From Octopus sinensis (Eukaryota), in NCBI RefSeq assembly GCF_006345805.1, contig NC_042998.1, positions 170,438,001-170,502,000 on the forward strand: a stretch of 64,000 nt of DNA, written 5' to 3'. Under the pieces are notes generated by a model. That model was given only the letters and a program-made list of their open reading frames with translations. It searched no databases and was not told the DNA's origin. Each line of letters opens with the position of its first letter. Position 1 is the stretch's first letter. The translations under genes were made by a program, and so were the position numbers. Positions 48,890 to 61,810 of this stretch are shown here, piece by piece.

Positions 48890-49890
48890 TGACTCTACTT
48901 GGATGGCAAACAGGTGTGGTCTCTGTTTGTTCAGTCGATACTTCTTGAGCTTACTAGTTTGAATGAACTAGAACTTTGGATCAAGTGTAGACCAAAGCTG
49001 GGTGCTTGGCAAGCAGAGTGTCATGAAGCACTCAAGCTTCTCTGTCATACGGGCAACACCAGTGGCAGGGGTTCCACCTCGGCTTCCTATAGAGGGTTAG
49101 TAGAGGCTCAGTGCGATGACATCCTGGGGGAGACTCTAGGCTTCAATGATGGTCAACTAGCCAGCCTGTTCCAAAGGACATTCAGGCCAGGACCCTTGGA
49201 TAACTTCCAAGGATCCCTGGTCTGCCAGTTTTACTGAGGAGCCTTACCAGTTCACAATAAACTCGCCAGACATGGTGCCCCTTGTTCACCCTTGTGCCCA
49301 AGATGTGAGCAGGACAGGGAAACCATTCTGCACAAGATTGTGCAATGCCCCCAAATTTCGGAAATGTGGGTTTATGCTGAACACCTGCTGTCACAGCTGG
49401 GGAGAGTACAACTATCTTCCGAGTCAATTGTAAAGATTGTTCCTCCTCCCTTTTTTAATAAAGAAGGCAAGGCTTGTTTTCTCGATGTAGTCACTATAGT
49501 TAAAGAAGTGGTATGGAAGACCCATGTGAAAGGAATCATGACAGGCATTTTCATCTCCATCCTTTGGTTAATTTCTTCACTTACCACCTTAAGAGGAAAA
49601 TAAGGGTGGAGAGAAAATGCTTGTCACCTGATGGAAAAAGATGGAAGGCTGTAGCAAGTTTGTTGAGAATGAATGAACCCACATAGTATTTCCATAATGT
49701 TATACAAAAGGCTACAGTAGTGGCTTGGGGCTTGCAAGGTCGAAGCTAAACCCGTACCCCACTTCATTGTATGTGTTCTTGTTTGTTATCATCCGATTTA
49801 TATAAATTTTTAAAAGTCATTTGTTTTATTGACCCCATTCCCTCATTTGTATCATCCCCTCTATGTTTGGTCCCCTGTGGGCAATAAAGA
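48890..49890 (+). mobile_element. Tx1/L1-group LINE 3' remnant (zinc-binding C-terminus + 3' UTR)
   Basis: CPRCEQDRETILHKIVQCPQISEMW matches the CPxC..ET..H...C motif downstream of RT. Confidence 0.65.
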
Positions 49891-49895
49891 CCTAG

Positions 49896-51020
49896 TTGTT
49901 ACAATCATCTGAAATGGAACACTCAAAGCACGATATTCAAATAATTTTGCTATTCAACTTCAAAAAAGGACATAAAGTAGCTGAAACTACCTGCAGTATC
50001 AACAGAACGTTTGGTAAGAAATTGACCAGTGAGAGGTCAGCTCGAAAATGGCTTAAACGATTTTGCAGCGGTGGTCTGAGCTTTGAAGATCATGAGTGTA
50101 ATAGATGCCCATCTGTCATTGACAAAGTTTTAAGGAATTATACTTCTTCAACTTTTCATCTGCTTTCATCAAAATCCTGATATTGAATAGACATGACAGA
50201 TTAATCAGTAAACAAATACAATTTTCCTTGTCTGTTACTTTGTATGTGGATCATTATGTTCCATTTTTTTGTCTGTTTGAATTAGAAAATTCTACAAAAT
50301 TGTGCATGTTTCCACCTCAGTCATTGAGAAAGATCCATGTAAAACCAGTTGAAAACTGGCAAAAGAACTTCAAGTCAGCCAAAAGTTCTTCCTTTCTTCC
50401 ATTTGCATGTGATTGGAAAATCAAAAATCCTCAACAAATGGGTACCACACAATTTGAATGAAAATCAGAAAATGCACAGATATGAAATTTGCTCGGCGCT
50501 TCTTCTCCGTAACCAGACCAATCCATTTCTCGATTGTATTGTAACTTACGATAAAAAGTGGATTCTGTACAACAGTAAAAAACGTTCTTCACAGTGGTTG
50601 GACCAAAATGAAGCACCGAAAAACCTTCCCTAAATCTGAGTTCTTCAGAAAGAAGGTTATGGTGACTATTTGCTGGTGTACTGCTGGACTCATCCACTAT
50701 AACTTCTTAAAACCCAGAAAAATCATTACTGCAGAAACATATTACTATAAAATTGCCAAAACGAACAAAAACTGCTACTCCTGTCCTGAACTGGTCAACA
50801 GAAGAGGGTCAATCATTCTTCATGACAATGCTTGACCACATGTTTCACTAATGATGCTCCAGAGGTTGAGGGAACTTCACTACAAAGTTCTTCCCCACCC
50901 AGCTTATTCTCTAGACCTTTTTCCTACCAACTACCACTTTTTCAAGCACCTTGATGGTTTTCTGCGAGAGAAGGAGTTCATTAATCAAATTGATGCTGAA
51001 AGTGCATTCAAAGAGTTCAA
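49896..51020 (+). mobile_element. Mariner transposase pseudogene carrying a 195-bp foreign insert
   Basis: ILLFNFKKG..WLKRF, KWVPHNL, VTYDKKWILY, LHDNA*PH, YSLDLFPTNYHFF. Insert at 50125-50319. Confidence 0.88.
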
Positions 51021-51641
51021 ATATGTATTTGTGTGTATATATATATACACATATCATCATCGTTTAACGTCCGCTTTCCATGCTAGCATGGGTTGGACGT
51101 TTTGACTGAGGTCTGGCGAACCAGATGGCTGCACCAGACACCAGTATATATATATATATATATATAAATATATATCATATATATATCATATATATATATA
51201 TATATATATATCATATAACCAGTTAGATGAAATCCCAGCTGTTCCTCTTGAAACACATCTGTTTATTCCATTCTTATAATTAATATGTATCTATGGTTGT
51301 TGCTGTATGTTAGTCAAAATACACATTAAAATTGAGAATTATGGAAATATTATTTGCACAGTTATTGCATAATAAAAAGGGAAATTTGAAAACTGCTTTT
51401 TGATATTTATATTCTTTTATTTTTTCATTTTCTTTAATTTGTTTCAGTCATTTGACTGTGGCCATGCTGGAACACCGCCTTTAGTCAGAGAAACTGACAC
51501 CAGGACTTATTCTTTGTAAGCCTAGTACTTGTTCTATCGGTGTCTTTTGCTGAACCGTTAAGTTTTGGGATATAAACACACCAACATCGGTTGTCAAGTG
51601 ATGGCAGTGGTGGTGGGGGACAAACACACACACACACACAT

Positions 51642-51680
<39 letters not shown>

Positions 51681-51841
51681 CAGTTTCCATCGACCAAATC
51701 CACTCATAAGGCTTTGGTAGGCCCAAAGCTATAGTAGAAGACACCCACGGTGCTACGAAGTGGGTCTGAACCCGGAACCATATGGTTGGGAAGCAAGCTT
51801 CTTACCACACAGCCAAGGTTGGCTGTGTGGTAAGAAACACA

Positions 51842-52130
51842 TGGCCTAATGGTTAGAGCAGCGGACTCACAGTTTCGAATCTCAGACCGGGCGATGTGTG
51901 TGCTTATGAGCGAAACACCTATGGTCCATGCAGCTCCAGTAGAAGGTAACGGTGAACTTCTGCTGACTCCTTCGCCACAACTTTCTCTCACTCTTTCCTC
52001 CTGCATCTTGTAGCTCACCTGCGACGGACCGACGTCCCGTCCAGTCAGGTGGGGAACCTATACACCACGGAAACCAGGAAACCGGCCCTTATGAGCCAGG
52101 CATGGCTCGAGAAGGAACAAACAAACAACA
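51842..52130 (+). mobile_element. tRNA-derived SINE (family C) with (AACA)n tail
   Basis: A-box TGGCCTAATGG, B-box GTTTCGAATC, tail GAAGGAACAAACAAACAAC. Confidence 0.65.
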
Positions 52131-53374
52131 GGTATCTATCACAAGAGAATTCCCTGGTGAATTTTTGGAATAGCACACCCACATAAGTTGGATTTTCTTT
52201 GTTTTGATGGGGATTTTTCAAATTTGTTTTTCATCACACCCTTGGAAATGATGGAAGGAAGCTTTTTATGAAATCAAATTATTGAAAATTTATGAACCGC
52301 TACCCACTTCCTGACTGATTTTGTCCAAAGAATTTTTCCACTATGTACTTTAAAAAAAAAAGCAAGCTTTCATTCACAGTGAAAAAAAAAAAAATTCGAA
52401 AATTTATGAATTTTTTTTCAAACCCATTTCCCCACCCAGTACTGTTTTTGGTTGATAGTTTTCATATTATGCACTTAACACATAACCTTAACAAAATTAC
52501 TGGGAGTATTAGTTTCCAGGTGTTTGAGAACAATTGTGTTCACAGTTCAGTATGGTTTCCTTCTGTTTTTCATTCTGATTGATCTCAGAATTCAACAAGC
52601 CAGTCATTTGCACATTGTTGCTATCTTAATATGATGCAATTTATTCATGTGGATTGTCAGGTCATGTACCAAATGCGACTCTGAGATTGCAATACCTCTT
52701 GGTCCCATGTATTTTGATTTTAATTAAATGTAAGCAGAACTGCGTGTTTCAGCTTTGCCATGATACCACTTACCCCCCCACCCTTCTCAGCACCCAAAAC
52801 CATTTCACTGACATTCATTTTCCATTCTTAATACTGTGTTCTCCACCCATATTTTACACTGATCATCCTCCTGAGCCAACAAATTATCTCTCCTCTACCA
52901 CCATATGTCTGCTCCAGACCATTACAATCTATCGAATTGCATGTCATCTCCCTCTCTTCTTTTTGCCCACCTTCTTATTTCTTTACTGCCCACAAGGGGC
53001 TACACATAGAGGGGACAAACAAGGACAGACAAACGGATTAAGTCGATTACATCGACCCCAGTACGTAACTGGTACTTAGTTAATCGACCCCAAGAGGATG
53101 AAAGGCAAAGTCGACCTCGGCGGAATTTGAACTGAGAACGTAAAGACGGACGAAATACCGCTAAACATTTCGCCCGGCATGCTAACGATTCTGCCAGCTC
53201 ACCGCCTTCGTTTTGTCCACCTTCTTACTCTCTCTCTCTCTCTCTCTCTCTCTCTTGCCCTGTCTACTATATCATTATTATTATTATTATTACCTTGACT
53301 CAGGATTTGTCTTATTCCTGGTAGAATTTATATGGATAGTGAGTTTCTCCCTCTAACCTAAGATCTCCATGACT

Positions 53375-53940
53375 TAAATAAGCCATTAAATGCTCAGAAC
53401 CTTTCCAATGACCTTTCCTGTTCCTTTGAGACAAACCTTCTGTAGAAGCTCTACAGGACATTCCACCCCAATCTCCTTTCCCCATTTGTTTATTTCATCC
53501 TTTACAGTCCCTAATGTACCAATTATCACAGGTACAATTTTGACAGATATCAGGTTCCAAATCTTTACAATCTCAAGTTTTAAGGAGTTATACTTCTTCG
53601 ACTTTTCATCTGCTTTCATCAAATTCCTGGTATCGAATAGACATGACAGATTAATCAGTAAACAAATACAATTTTCCTTGTCTGTTACTTTGTATGTGGA
53701 TCATTATGTTCCATTTTTTTGTCTGTTTGAATTAGAAAATTCTACAAAATTGTGCATGTTTCCACCTCATGTACTCTTTCTACATGATGATTGTATCATG
53801 TACTTCCTGCTTCAAACCCCAAATTTTGATAAAGCTTCCAGTGTAAAATGCTTACAACTTGATCATGTCTCTATTTCTTATATTCTCTCAGGGTCAACTT
53901 GGGGCATTCTGCAATAGTGCGTGTCATTATTTCATTCCAA
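53375..53940 (-). mobile_element. R4/Dong-like LINE C-terminal restriction-like endonuclease remnant
   Basis: NFLIQTDKKMEHN..., KKYNSLKLEIVKIW..VKIVPVIIGTLG..LLQKVCLKGTGKVIGKVL. Confidence 0.75.
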
Positions 53941-54548
53941 AGTCCATACACTCTACTGACACCTTCTCCTCAAACACATATTTTCAAAATTTGTTTATTT
54001 GCAGTGTTTGATTTGAGCATCTTTAATAAAGCTCCCTGTTTCTTTTTCTAATCATCCTTTTTCAACCAAACCCAAGATTTTTTAGAGAAAGAGAAAAATT
54101 AGGAGTGCTATTTAATAATTTTCTAAAGTAGAGCCAGAACTAAAAGTTTAGACATCTTTTGTATATGAATGTCTATATAAACAATGAGATCAAAGATAGG
54201 AAAATAGGTATTAGATGTATATGCACATCTGCCACACACTTTTTCTGTTAACCTTCCTGTGAGACTAATGCACCTCTTATGTGTTCATAGATTGCACTGA
54301 GAACACAGTAAGGAACTTCTACCAACACCTTTTTCTACATACCAAGTGGTTGATGGATGTGAAATAGGAAGTTGGAAGTTGGAAATGATCTTAAATAGTT
54401 ACAGCAGCATTTCTCTTAGCTACTCTGGGTAGTATATCTAAAATGCTATGTAGCTGACCTCATTATTAATGTTATCATGTGTTTGAGCAGGGAAACCTCT
54501 TATGGCTCTGTTTAATTCTATTCCAAAATGTCTATCATGTTTTGCTAT

Positions 54549-57370
54549 AATAATAAAAACATTGTGTACAGTGACCAGGTGCACTACAACTCATCTAAAG
54601 TGTATGTATAATCAGGTCTAGTTTCGGCGGATTTCAGAAAGCATGAGGGCCTTAAAGGATGCAGTGTCATGGCAGTCAACAACTGACGCAGGCAGTTTGT
54701 TCCATGCTTCAGCAACTCTGAGCGTGAAAAAATGTTTCCGAAAGTCATGGGAGCTGTGTTGTTTTCTGACTTTGTAGGCATGTCCACGTGTGTTAGACAC
54801 ATGGAGATCAAAAAGGTGTTCAGTGTTGTTGTTGGTGAGGTGGTTGATAACTTTGAGGGTGTTTACCAAGTCCGTCGCCAGACGCCAGAGCTTCAGAGCC
54901 CAGGGAAACAAGGCGCTCAGAGTATGGTAGGTGTCTGATGGAGGGTATGCTTTGGTTGCACGTCTCTGAACAGATTCCAGGAGGTCAATGTTCTGAGCAA
55001 GATAGGGGTTCCAAACTGATGATGCAAATTCCAAGTGTGGTTGTACCATAGCTGTATACAGTTTTAAATAGATGGCTGGAGAGCGGCTAACAAAAGTCTT
55101 GCTGAGTGATGCCAAGAAACCCTCGGCCTTCTTGACAGTTTTAGAGATATGCTTTGTCCAACGCAAATCACTGCTGACAGTGATGCCTAGGTCACGCTTG
55201 CAAGAGGATTTCTTGATATCAGTGTTGTGGAGGGAGTATGTGGACGCAGCATTTTTTCTCCCAAAATGCATGGTGGTACACTTGTCCACAGCCAGTTTCA
55301 GTTGCCAGTCTGAGATCCATTGCTGCATTGTGTCCAGGTCTGATTGCAGAAAAGAGCTGTAGACAACAGGATCTGTCCTCTTGATTTCAAGGTACAGCTT
55401 GATGTCGTCTGCATATTTCAATACTGTGGCATTCTTTAAATTGGCATCTATGTCATTAATGTATGCCACAAACAAGAGGGGACCAAGGACAGATCCCTGT
55501 GGTACACCCAATGACATCTCATATGGTGTAGAATGCTGTCCTAGAACTGTGACTACCTCCTTTCGGCTGAGAATGAAGGATTTCAACCAGTTAAAAAGAT
55601 CATCCCTCACACCCATTGCAGAGAGTTTCACCATAAGCCTTTTGTGTGGCACAGAGTTGAAAGCCTTAGCAAAGTCAAGGTAGACAACATCCACCCATGA
55701 GCCACTGTCAGTGATCTGAGTAATGTCCTCAAGGAACTCGACAAGCTGATCACTGCAGCTGGAGTTAGGGACAAATCCATATTGTGAGGGTCGGATGAGA
55801 CTGTGAGAGCTCCAGAAGTTCCAAAGTGTTTCTCTGACACACGATTCCATCAGTTTTGCAATACAGCTAGTGAGACTGACTGGACGATAGTTGACAGGTG
55901 ATGTGCGGTCGCCCTTTTTGAACAGAGGAATGACACTGGCAGTTTTCCACTGCTCCAGAGTAGCACCATTGTTGAGACAGTACTGGAAAAAAATAGAAAG
56001 CTGGTGTAAAAGGAAGTACCTGCCACATTTGAGAAGCAGGTATATAACTCCATCAAGACCAGGGGAGGCATAGTTGCACTTATTTTGAAGGTGACGTCGC
56101 AGCATTGCAGGTGTAAATTCCATAGTTGTTATGGAATTTGCTGTTAGAGATGGTGAAGATGGTACATTTTAATTTTCAACAGTGAATATGTTTGCGTAGC
56201 ACTCGGCAATGAGTTCTGTGCATTCCTTGGGATCATCAGTGATCTGGTTTGTGTGAGGGTTGTGAAGAGGGCCCACTGGAGAGTGAGGTCTCTGCTTCGA
56301 ATGCACATATTTCCAGAAAACCTTGCTGTCAGGATTGGCTGCTATGCACTGTTCAAATTCAAGCACTGCTTTTTTTGTCACTTGCTTGAGATGGTTGGAA
56401 GATTTATTCCGCTTTTTCCTGTTGGTGTCTGATTTATGCAACTTGTATTCCCGTTCAGCAGTCCGACATTCCTTCCTGGCAAGTCGAACCGCTGAAGTTT
56501 CCCAAATTGCACTTTTGGGGCAGTTCTTTTTCTGTTTACGTGGCACTGATGCTGCACATGCTGTCCATATTGAGTCCAGGATACTCTGGAGTATAGTATT
56601 CACATCTCCAGAGTTGTAGAATTCATGCCAGTTTGGGTGCTGTAATTCAGTGTGGTACAGGTTCCAATCTGCTCTCTTCCAATCGAAGGAAGCAGATTGG
56701 AAATGGTTCAGGTTTTTGTTGTTGCCCGCAAGAGCCAGATTGGCGATGATCATAGCATGATCAGAGTCGCCTAGAGGTTCCTCCGTAGTATAATTGATAA
56801 CCACTTCAGGAGTTGTGGTGAAGAGCAGGTCCAAGGTGTTGTCGCCTCTTGTTGGAGAGGTGACTACTTGTGACCAGTTTGAGTCCAGTACAAGCTCAAC
56901 GGAATCCTTTGCGCTCTGTGGCCAATGGAAGGTTTCCCAATTGATCTCAGGATGATTGAAATCGCCTGCAATAAAAACATAAGTGGCTGTTTTCCTGGCA
57001 GCAGCTCGGAGGATATCGCAAAGCTGTGTGTCTTGATGGTAATTTGGGGGACGATAAACAACGCCAAGCAGAAGTGTTGACATGGTCATACGTACGTCAC
57101 TTCTTCTTGTGATTCGTTCAAATCAGTACAAGGAATTACTGAAAAATTTGAACGAACGTAGACCATCACACCACCACTACGGCGGTTAATGCGGTCCTTG
57201 CAGAAGAGATTGTACCCAGAAATGTTGAAAACCCCATCACAGAGTAAGGAATGTGCCCATGTTTCCGTGACAGTGATGAAGTCAGGGTCAATACTTCTGA
57301 CGTAGGAGTTGAACAAATGTATTTTGTTGCATAAACTGCGAGCATTTAAGGACAACAATTTGTACCCTGC
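54549..57370 (-). mobile_element. CR1-group LINE, 5'-truncated near the ORF2 start, near-complete ORF2 (APE + RT) with lesions
   Basis: APE motifs LNARSL, ETW, GDFN, TLDLL; RT motifs NYRPVSLTS, YLDFAKAF, GVPQGSVLGP, YADD; (TTA)n tail; TSD TTGCTAT at 54542-54548 and 57371-57377. Frameshift ~57087, in-frame TAA 56169-56171. Confidence 0.93.
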
Positions 57371-59208
57371 TTGCTATCTATGCTATATAGGATTTTAGTT
57401 GTATCAGATAAAAGTAAAGTCCTATTTGAATTCTTAAGGAAGCTTGCACTGGAAAGGGTTAGAGGACTAAGAGAATTTGAGTTTGGAGATAATGCTCAAG
57501 TGGTTCACTTCAAAGGCTTCTGGGTTTTTCTATCTTGGGGGGGGGGGAATCTTCTAGACTTGATACTGTAGAAATTGATACTTGTTCTATCAGAATCTTT
57601 TGTTCAATAGCTAAGTTATGGGGACATAAACAAACAACATAATGCAGAAAATGTACCATATTTCTGTGTACAATACATAATTAAACACTACAGGTGTTGT
57701 TTTCAACAGCCTTATATCTAAAATATAAAAGAATTTCCTTTTACGAAGAAATTTTCCTCCCAAAATATTGGTTTCAAATTTAGTCATAAGGCCAGCAACT
57801 TCACAAGATGAGAATAAGTCAGTTACATCAACCCCAGTGTTCAGCTGGTACTTATTTTATTGACCTCCATAAAGACGAAAGGCAAAGTCATCCACAGCAG
57901 AATTTTTTTTTATCTTTCTCTAAGTCAGAAATACAGTAAATATTATTCATTGTGCCTCACCACTCCTTACAAGAAACTGGAAAAGCAGACTTTTAGAATA
58001 GTTGTCATATATGTTGATATTTTCAGTTTTTATCTGGATTTCCCCTTTCTTTCATATATTGCAAAACAATGAAAAGAGGCTTTTTTAAAACATTTTTTTT
58101 TTTAATCCATCTGTTTTAAATGTTTGTCTCCCCCAACACCTCATCGAGCCTTTGGAACAGCAGCAGCCACTAAAATGATATACTCCCCTTTTTCATAATT
58201 TTCTGTCATTTTATCATATTCTACATTCTGAAACATACGTAACTTGCATTAGAGAAAAATATCTTATCTTGTCTTCCCTCCTTCATTGTACTTTTTTCAC
58301 AGTGAATGAAAAGCCAAACGCTGCTAATGGATGTGTGAGAGAAAAAATTTGAATTTTGAAAAGTGTATCTATAAAGCGATATTTTCACTTGTTTTTTTTT
58401 TGTTTATTTTAACCTTTCTCTGCTAACACATCAAATTCATTACATGCAATACATGGCTTTTCAGGTTATAATTGACTAGTTTGCCAAGATGAGAGGCCCA
58501 CCAAATTTGAAGTGCCCTGAATCCCCCATGGTTTTTTTATACGATTCCCAATATTTAATTATAAAAATACAATAGGATCTTTTTAAACACCGAATGGCAA
58601 CAAGGGTCCATAGAATAAGATAAGAATCAAAATGATCCATAGACAAAAACTAGTTGAGAACCATTGTTTTAGGCAATTCATCTCGAATTGTTAGTACAAG
58701 TTTCAGTTGTAGAGTCATTACCACAGACCAGTTAGTAAAAGCTGAGGACCTAAACTCTTTTTCAGTCTTCTTATTACTATTTCTTCCACCTTGTCCTCTA
58801 ATTGGGAACAGCTCAAAAACATATCTGTGACTAAGGTGTAGTCGTTTCACTGACTACCTGTGAACTCCATTAGAGCTGACAATGCAAAAAATTATGTTTT
58901 TTGTTTTAAACTGAATGTCAGCAATTTTGAGGGCTGGGGACTAGTTGATTACATCGCCATCAGTACTTGACAGGTAATTTATTTTATTCATCCTGGAAAG
59001 CTGAAAAGCAAAGTTAACTGCAATGGGATTTGAACTCAGAACATAATGAGTTGGAAAGCATACTTGCAAAGATTTTTTTTTGTTTTTTTTTTCTGATGCT
59101 GTAACAATTCCGCCACCTCGGAAGTAGAATAATTCCTCAAATATAGCGAGTGTTACGTTGCAAAATCCACTGCGATAGGAGACAATCCGTGAAGTAGCAA
59201 CAGTATTG

Positions 59209-61045
59209 GGATCTTTTCGGTTTGAACGGCAGTTTTTTCTAGTGGTGCCATATGAAATTGTCACCCATAATTATGACCCTAGTATCGATCTATTGCATTT
59301 CAATCTGTTTTAGGGTTAGGGTTAGGGATGGGGGGAAGGGTATCTTTTTTTCTTCACAAATGTAAATAAACCCAATCTGTTTCTTAAACGAGGGACATAT
59401 TCATACGGCACAGAATGTTTTTTACCTCAATAGACATCAGTGATTGGTTGAAATTGCAGAAATTGAAGAAAAAAACAACAAATATCTTACAAACCATAGA
59501 ATTTTCTCAATAAAGCCAAGAGAAAATGATGTTTTATAAACACATTCTACCAGTATACAAAGCTTAAAATTTTTTAGTTACCCATTATTGCACTGTATAT
59601 TTATTATTATTATAATTTGTATATATTTATTTTATTATGAATGCAAAACAACACCACACACTCGCCTCCTGAGTTTCATTTTCCATACAGTATGTGCGAT
59701 TCTTTGTTTACGCATCTACGGTACACTACGTATTTTCTTTTAATATACTTTAATTAATGTGTCATACAATGCAGTACTGTACTGTATTTTTATTTTTTAT
59801 TTTATTAATTTTTAAGAGTGAAAATGCTTATTTTACTACAGAAATAATTAAAATCAGAAACCCGTGATATACTGTACATATATTAGCCAGAAAAATCAGT
59901 CAATCCCTCACCCGGGAACAAAAGAGAAAAAAATTAACCAGTCTCATGGGCGTAAGCAACTATGTGGAAAACGAATATGAAAAAAATGCGAACTGACGAC
60001 CCTGGGAGTGGGTGGGGAGGGAGACATTCGAAAAATTCATAAGATCCGATTTTTACGTCATAACTTCCGGTAAAATGTATATATATATATATATATATAC
60101 TGATTTTTTTTTATGGAATCCCACGTTTTTGGTTAAGGAGAATCCAATTCTGAAAAATAAGTGGTGATCCTTCGGTATAGGTACACACGTGGGATCTTTT
60201 CATTGGTTAAAATTCGAAGAATTAAACTACGTTAAACTTACAAATTACAATTTTCTCAAAAAAGCCAAGTGAAAATAATGTTTTCTTTTGACACATTCTA
60301 CCAGTATACGAAGTTTCAAATTGTTTAGTTAACTAGAAATTCCGTCCATCAAAAAGAAAAGATCCCACACGTGACTTTGTTTACATTTCTGAAGATAACA
60401 GAAACCCTTTTCTCCCACCCCTAACCCTAATCCTAACCCCCCATATATAAAAAAAAAAAACTTTCTTGAAATGTATCCGGTACTTCCGGTACTTACGCTG
60501 AAGTTATGCCAAATAAGATTTCAAAAAATTGCATTTTCAAGATTTCAATTACCCACCAGCCCCAGTAATATGGGAATTTCCCGCAATGTTTTCACATTGT
60601 TTTGTTTTAAGATCTTTTTGGTTTGAACGGCAGTTTTTTCTAGTGGTATCATATGAAATTGTCACCCATAATTATGACCCGAGTATCGATCTATTGCATT
60701 TCAATCTATTTTACATTTAGGGTTAGTTAGGGTTAGGGTTAGGGATGGGGGGAAGGGTATCTTTTTTTCTTCACAAATGTAAATAAACCCAATATGTCCC
60801 TTCTTAAAGGAGGGAAATATTCATTATGCACAGAATGTTATTTACGTCAATGGAGGTAATTGATTGGTTAAAATTGCCGAAATGCAAGAAATTAAAGACG
60901 AAATATGTTACAAACTATAGAATTTTCTCAAGAAAGCCAAGAGAAAATGATGTTTTATAAACACATTCTACCAGTATACGAAGTTTAAAATTTTTTAGTT
61001 ACCTAGAAATTATGTTAAAAGCTGCCGTTCAAACCGAAAAGATCC
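59209..61045. mobile_element. Two further GGATC-family copies in direct orientation (59209-~59585 truncated; 60610-61045)
   Basis: Shared ttttctagtggt..tagggttagggttagggatggggggaagggtatc..acacattctaccagtatac. No TSD found. Confidence 0.75.
60192..60365. mobile_element. GGATC-family mini-MITE nested in another repeat
   Basis: GGATCTTTT...AAAAGATCC with TSD CACACGTG (60184-60191, 60366-60373). A related empty site lies near 12395. Confidence 0.9.
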
Positions 61046-61099
61046 AAATAGGGAGATTATGAGTCTGAAATCTTTGGAAATTTTTTTTTTTAAGAATTT

Positions 61100-61810
61100 T
61101 CTTTTACTAAAAATGCGGGAAAATACGGACATCATGATTCGGACAAAAATTTCGAAACATTTCTGTACTTACGGTTACGGTTTTAGAGTTAGGGTTAAGG
61201 TTAAGGTTTTAGGGTTAGGGTTAGGTTTTTAGGGTTAGGATTAGGGTTTTAGGGTTATGGTTTTAGGGTTACGATTACGGTTGGGGTAAGAGTGTTATGG
61301 TTCGGGTTTTAGGGTTAGTTTTGGGGGGAAAAAAAGTCAAAATTGAAGAAGTTGAGGGGGAAAGGTGGGGAAAAAATTTCACAATGCCGATTTTGGGGAA
61401 TTTTCCAGAACCTCCGTATCCGAAAACGGGGATTTTTGGCAAAAAAAATTACAAAATAAACAAATTTGGGAGAATATTGGGGTAGGGGAATGGGCGGAAG
61501 TCTTTCTAAAAATTACACTTTTCCGTCCCCTCGCTGTGTACGGCTACTTTTTTCAGAATTTTTTTTTTTTTTCAAAATATGCGGAAAAATACGGAGATTA
61601 TGATTTTGAAGAATATTTCGAAAAATTTTTGTAGTTAGGGTTAGGGTTAGGGAAAAAAATCAAAAATGAAGAAATTGGAGGGAATGGTGGGGGACGAAAT
61701 TAACAATACGCCAATTTTTGGTAATTTTCCGGAATATCCGTATCCGAAAACGGGGGTTTTGAGCAAAAGAAATTGGGAGGAAATGGTGAGGACAGGAGAA
61801 AACCTTTCCG
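61100..61810. repeat. Diverged tandem dimer containing a degenerate interstitial (TTAGGG)n tract (61170-61320)
   Basis: Repeated aaaatacgga..atttcgaaa..ttagggttaggg..ccgtatccgaaaacgggg blocks. Confidence 0.7.

Noticed and set aside
60572-60581. Second kappaB consensus GGGAATTTCC
   Set aside because: Lies among nested repeats with no promoter context, and is within chance expectation.
61170-61320. True telomere or chromosome end
   Set aside because: Degenerate, short, embedded in a dispersed repeat, with ordinary sequence on both sides.
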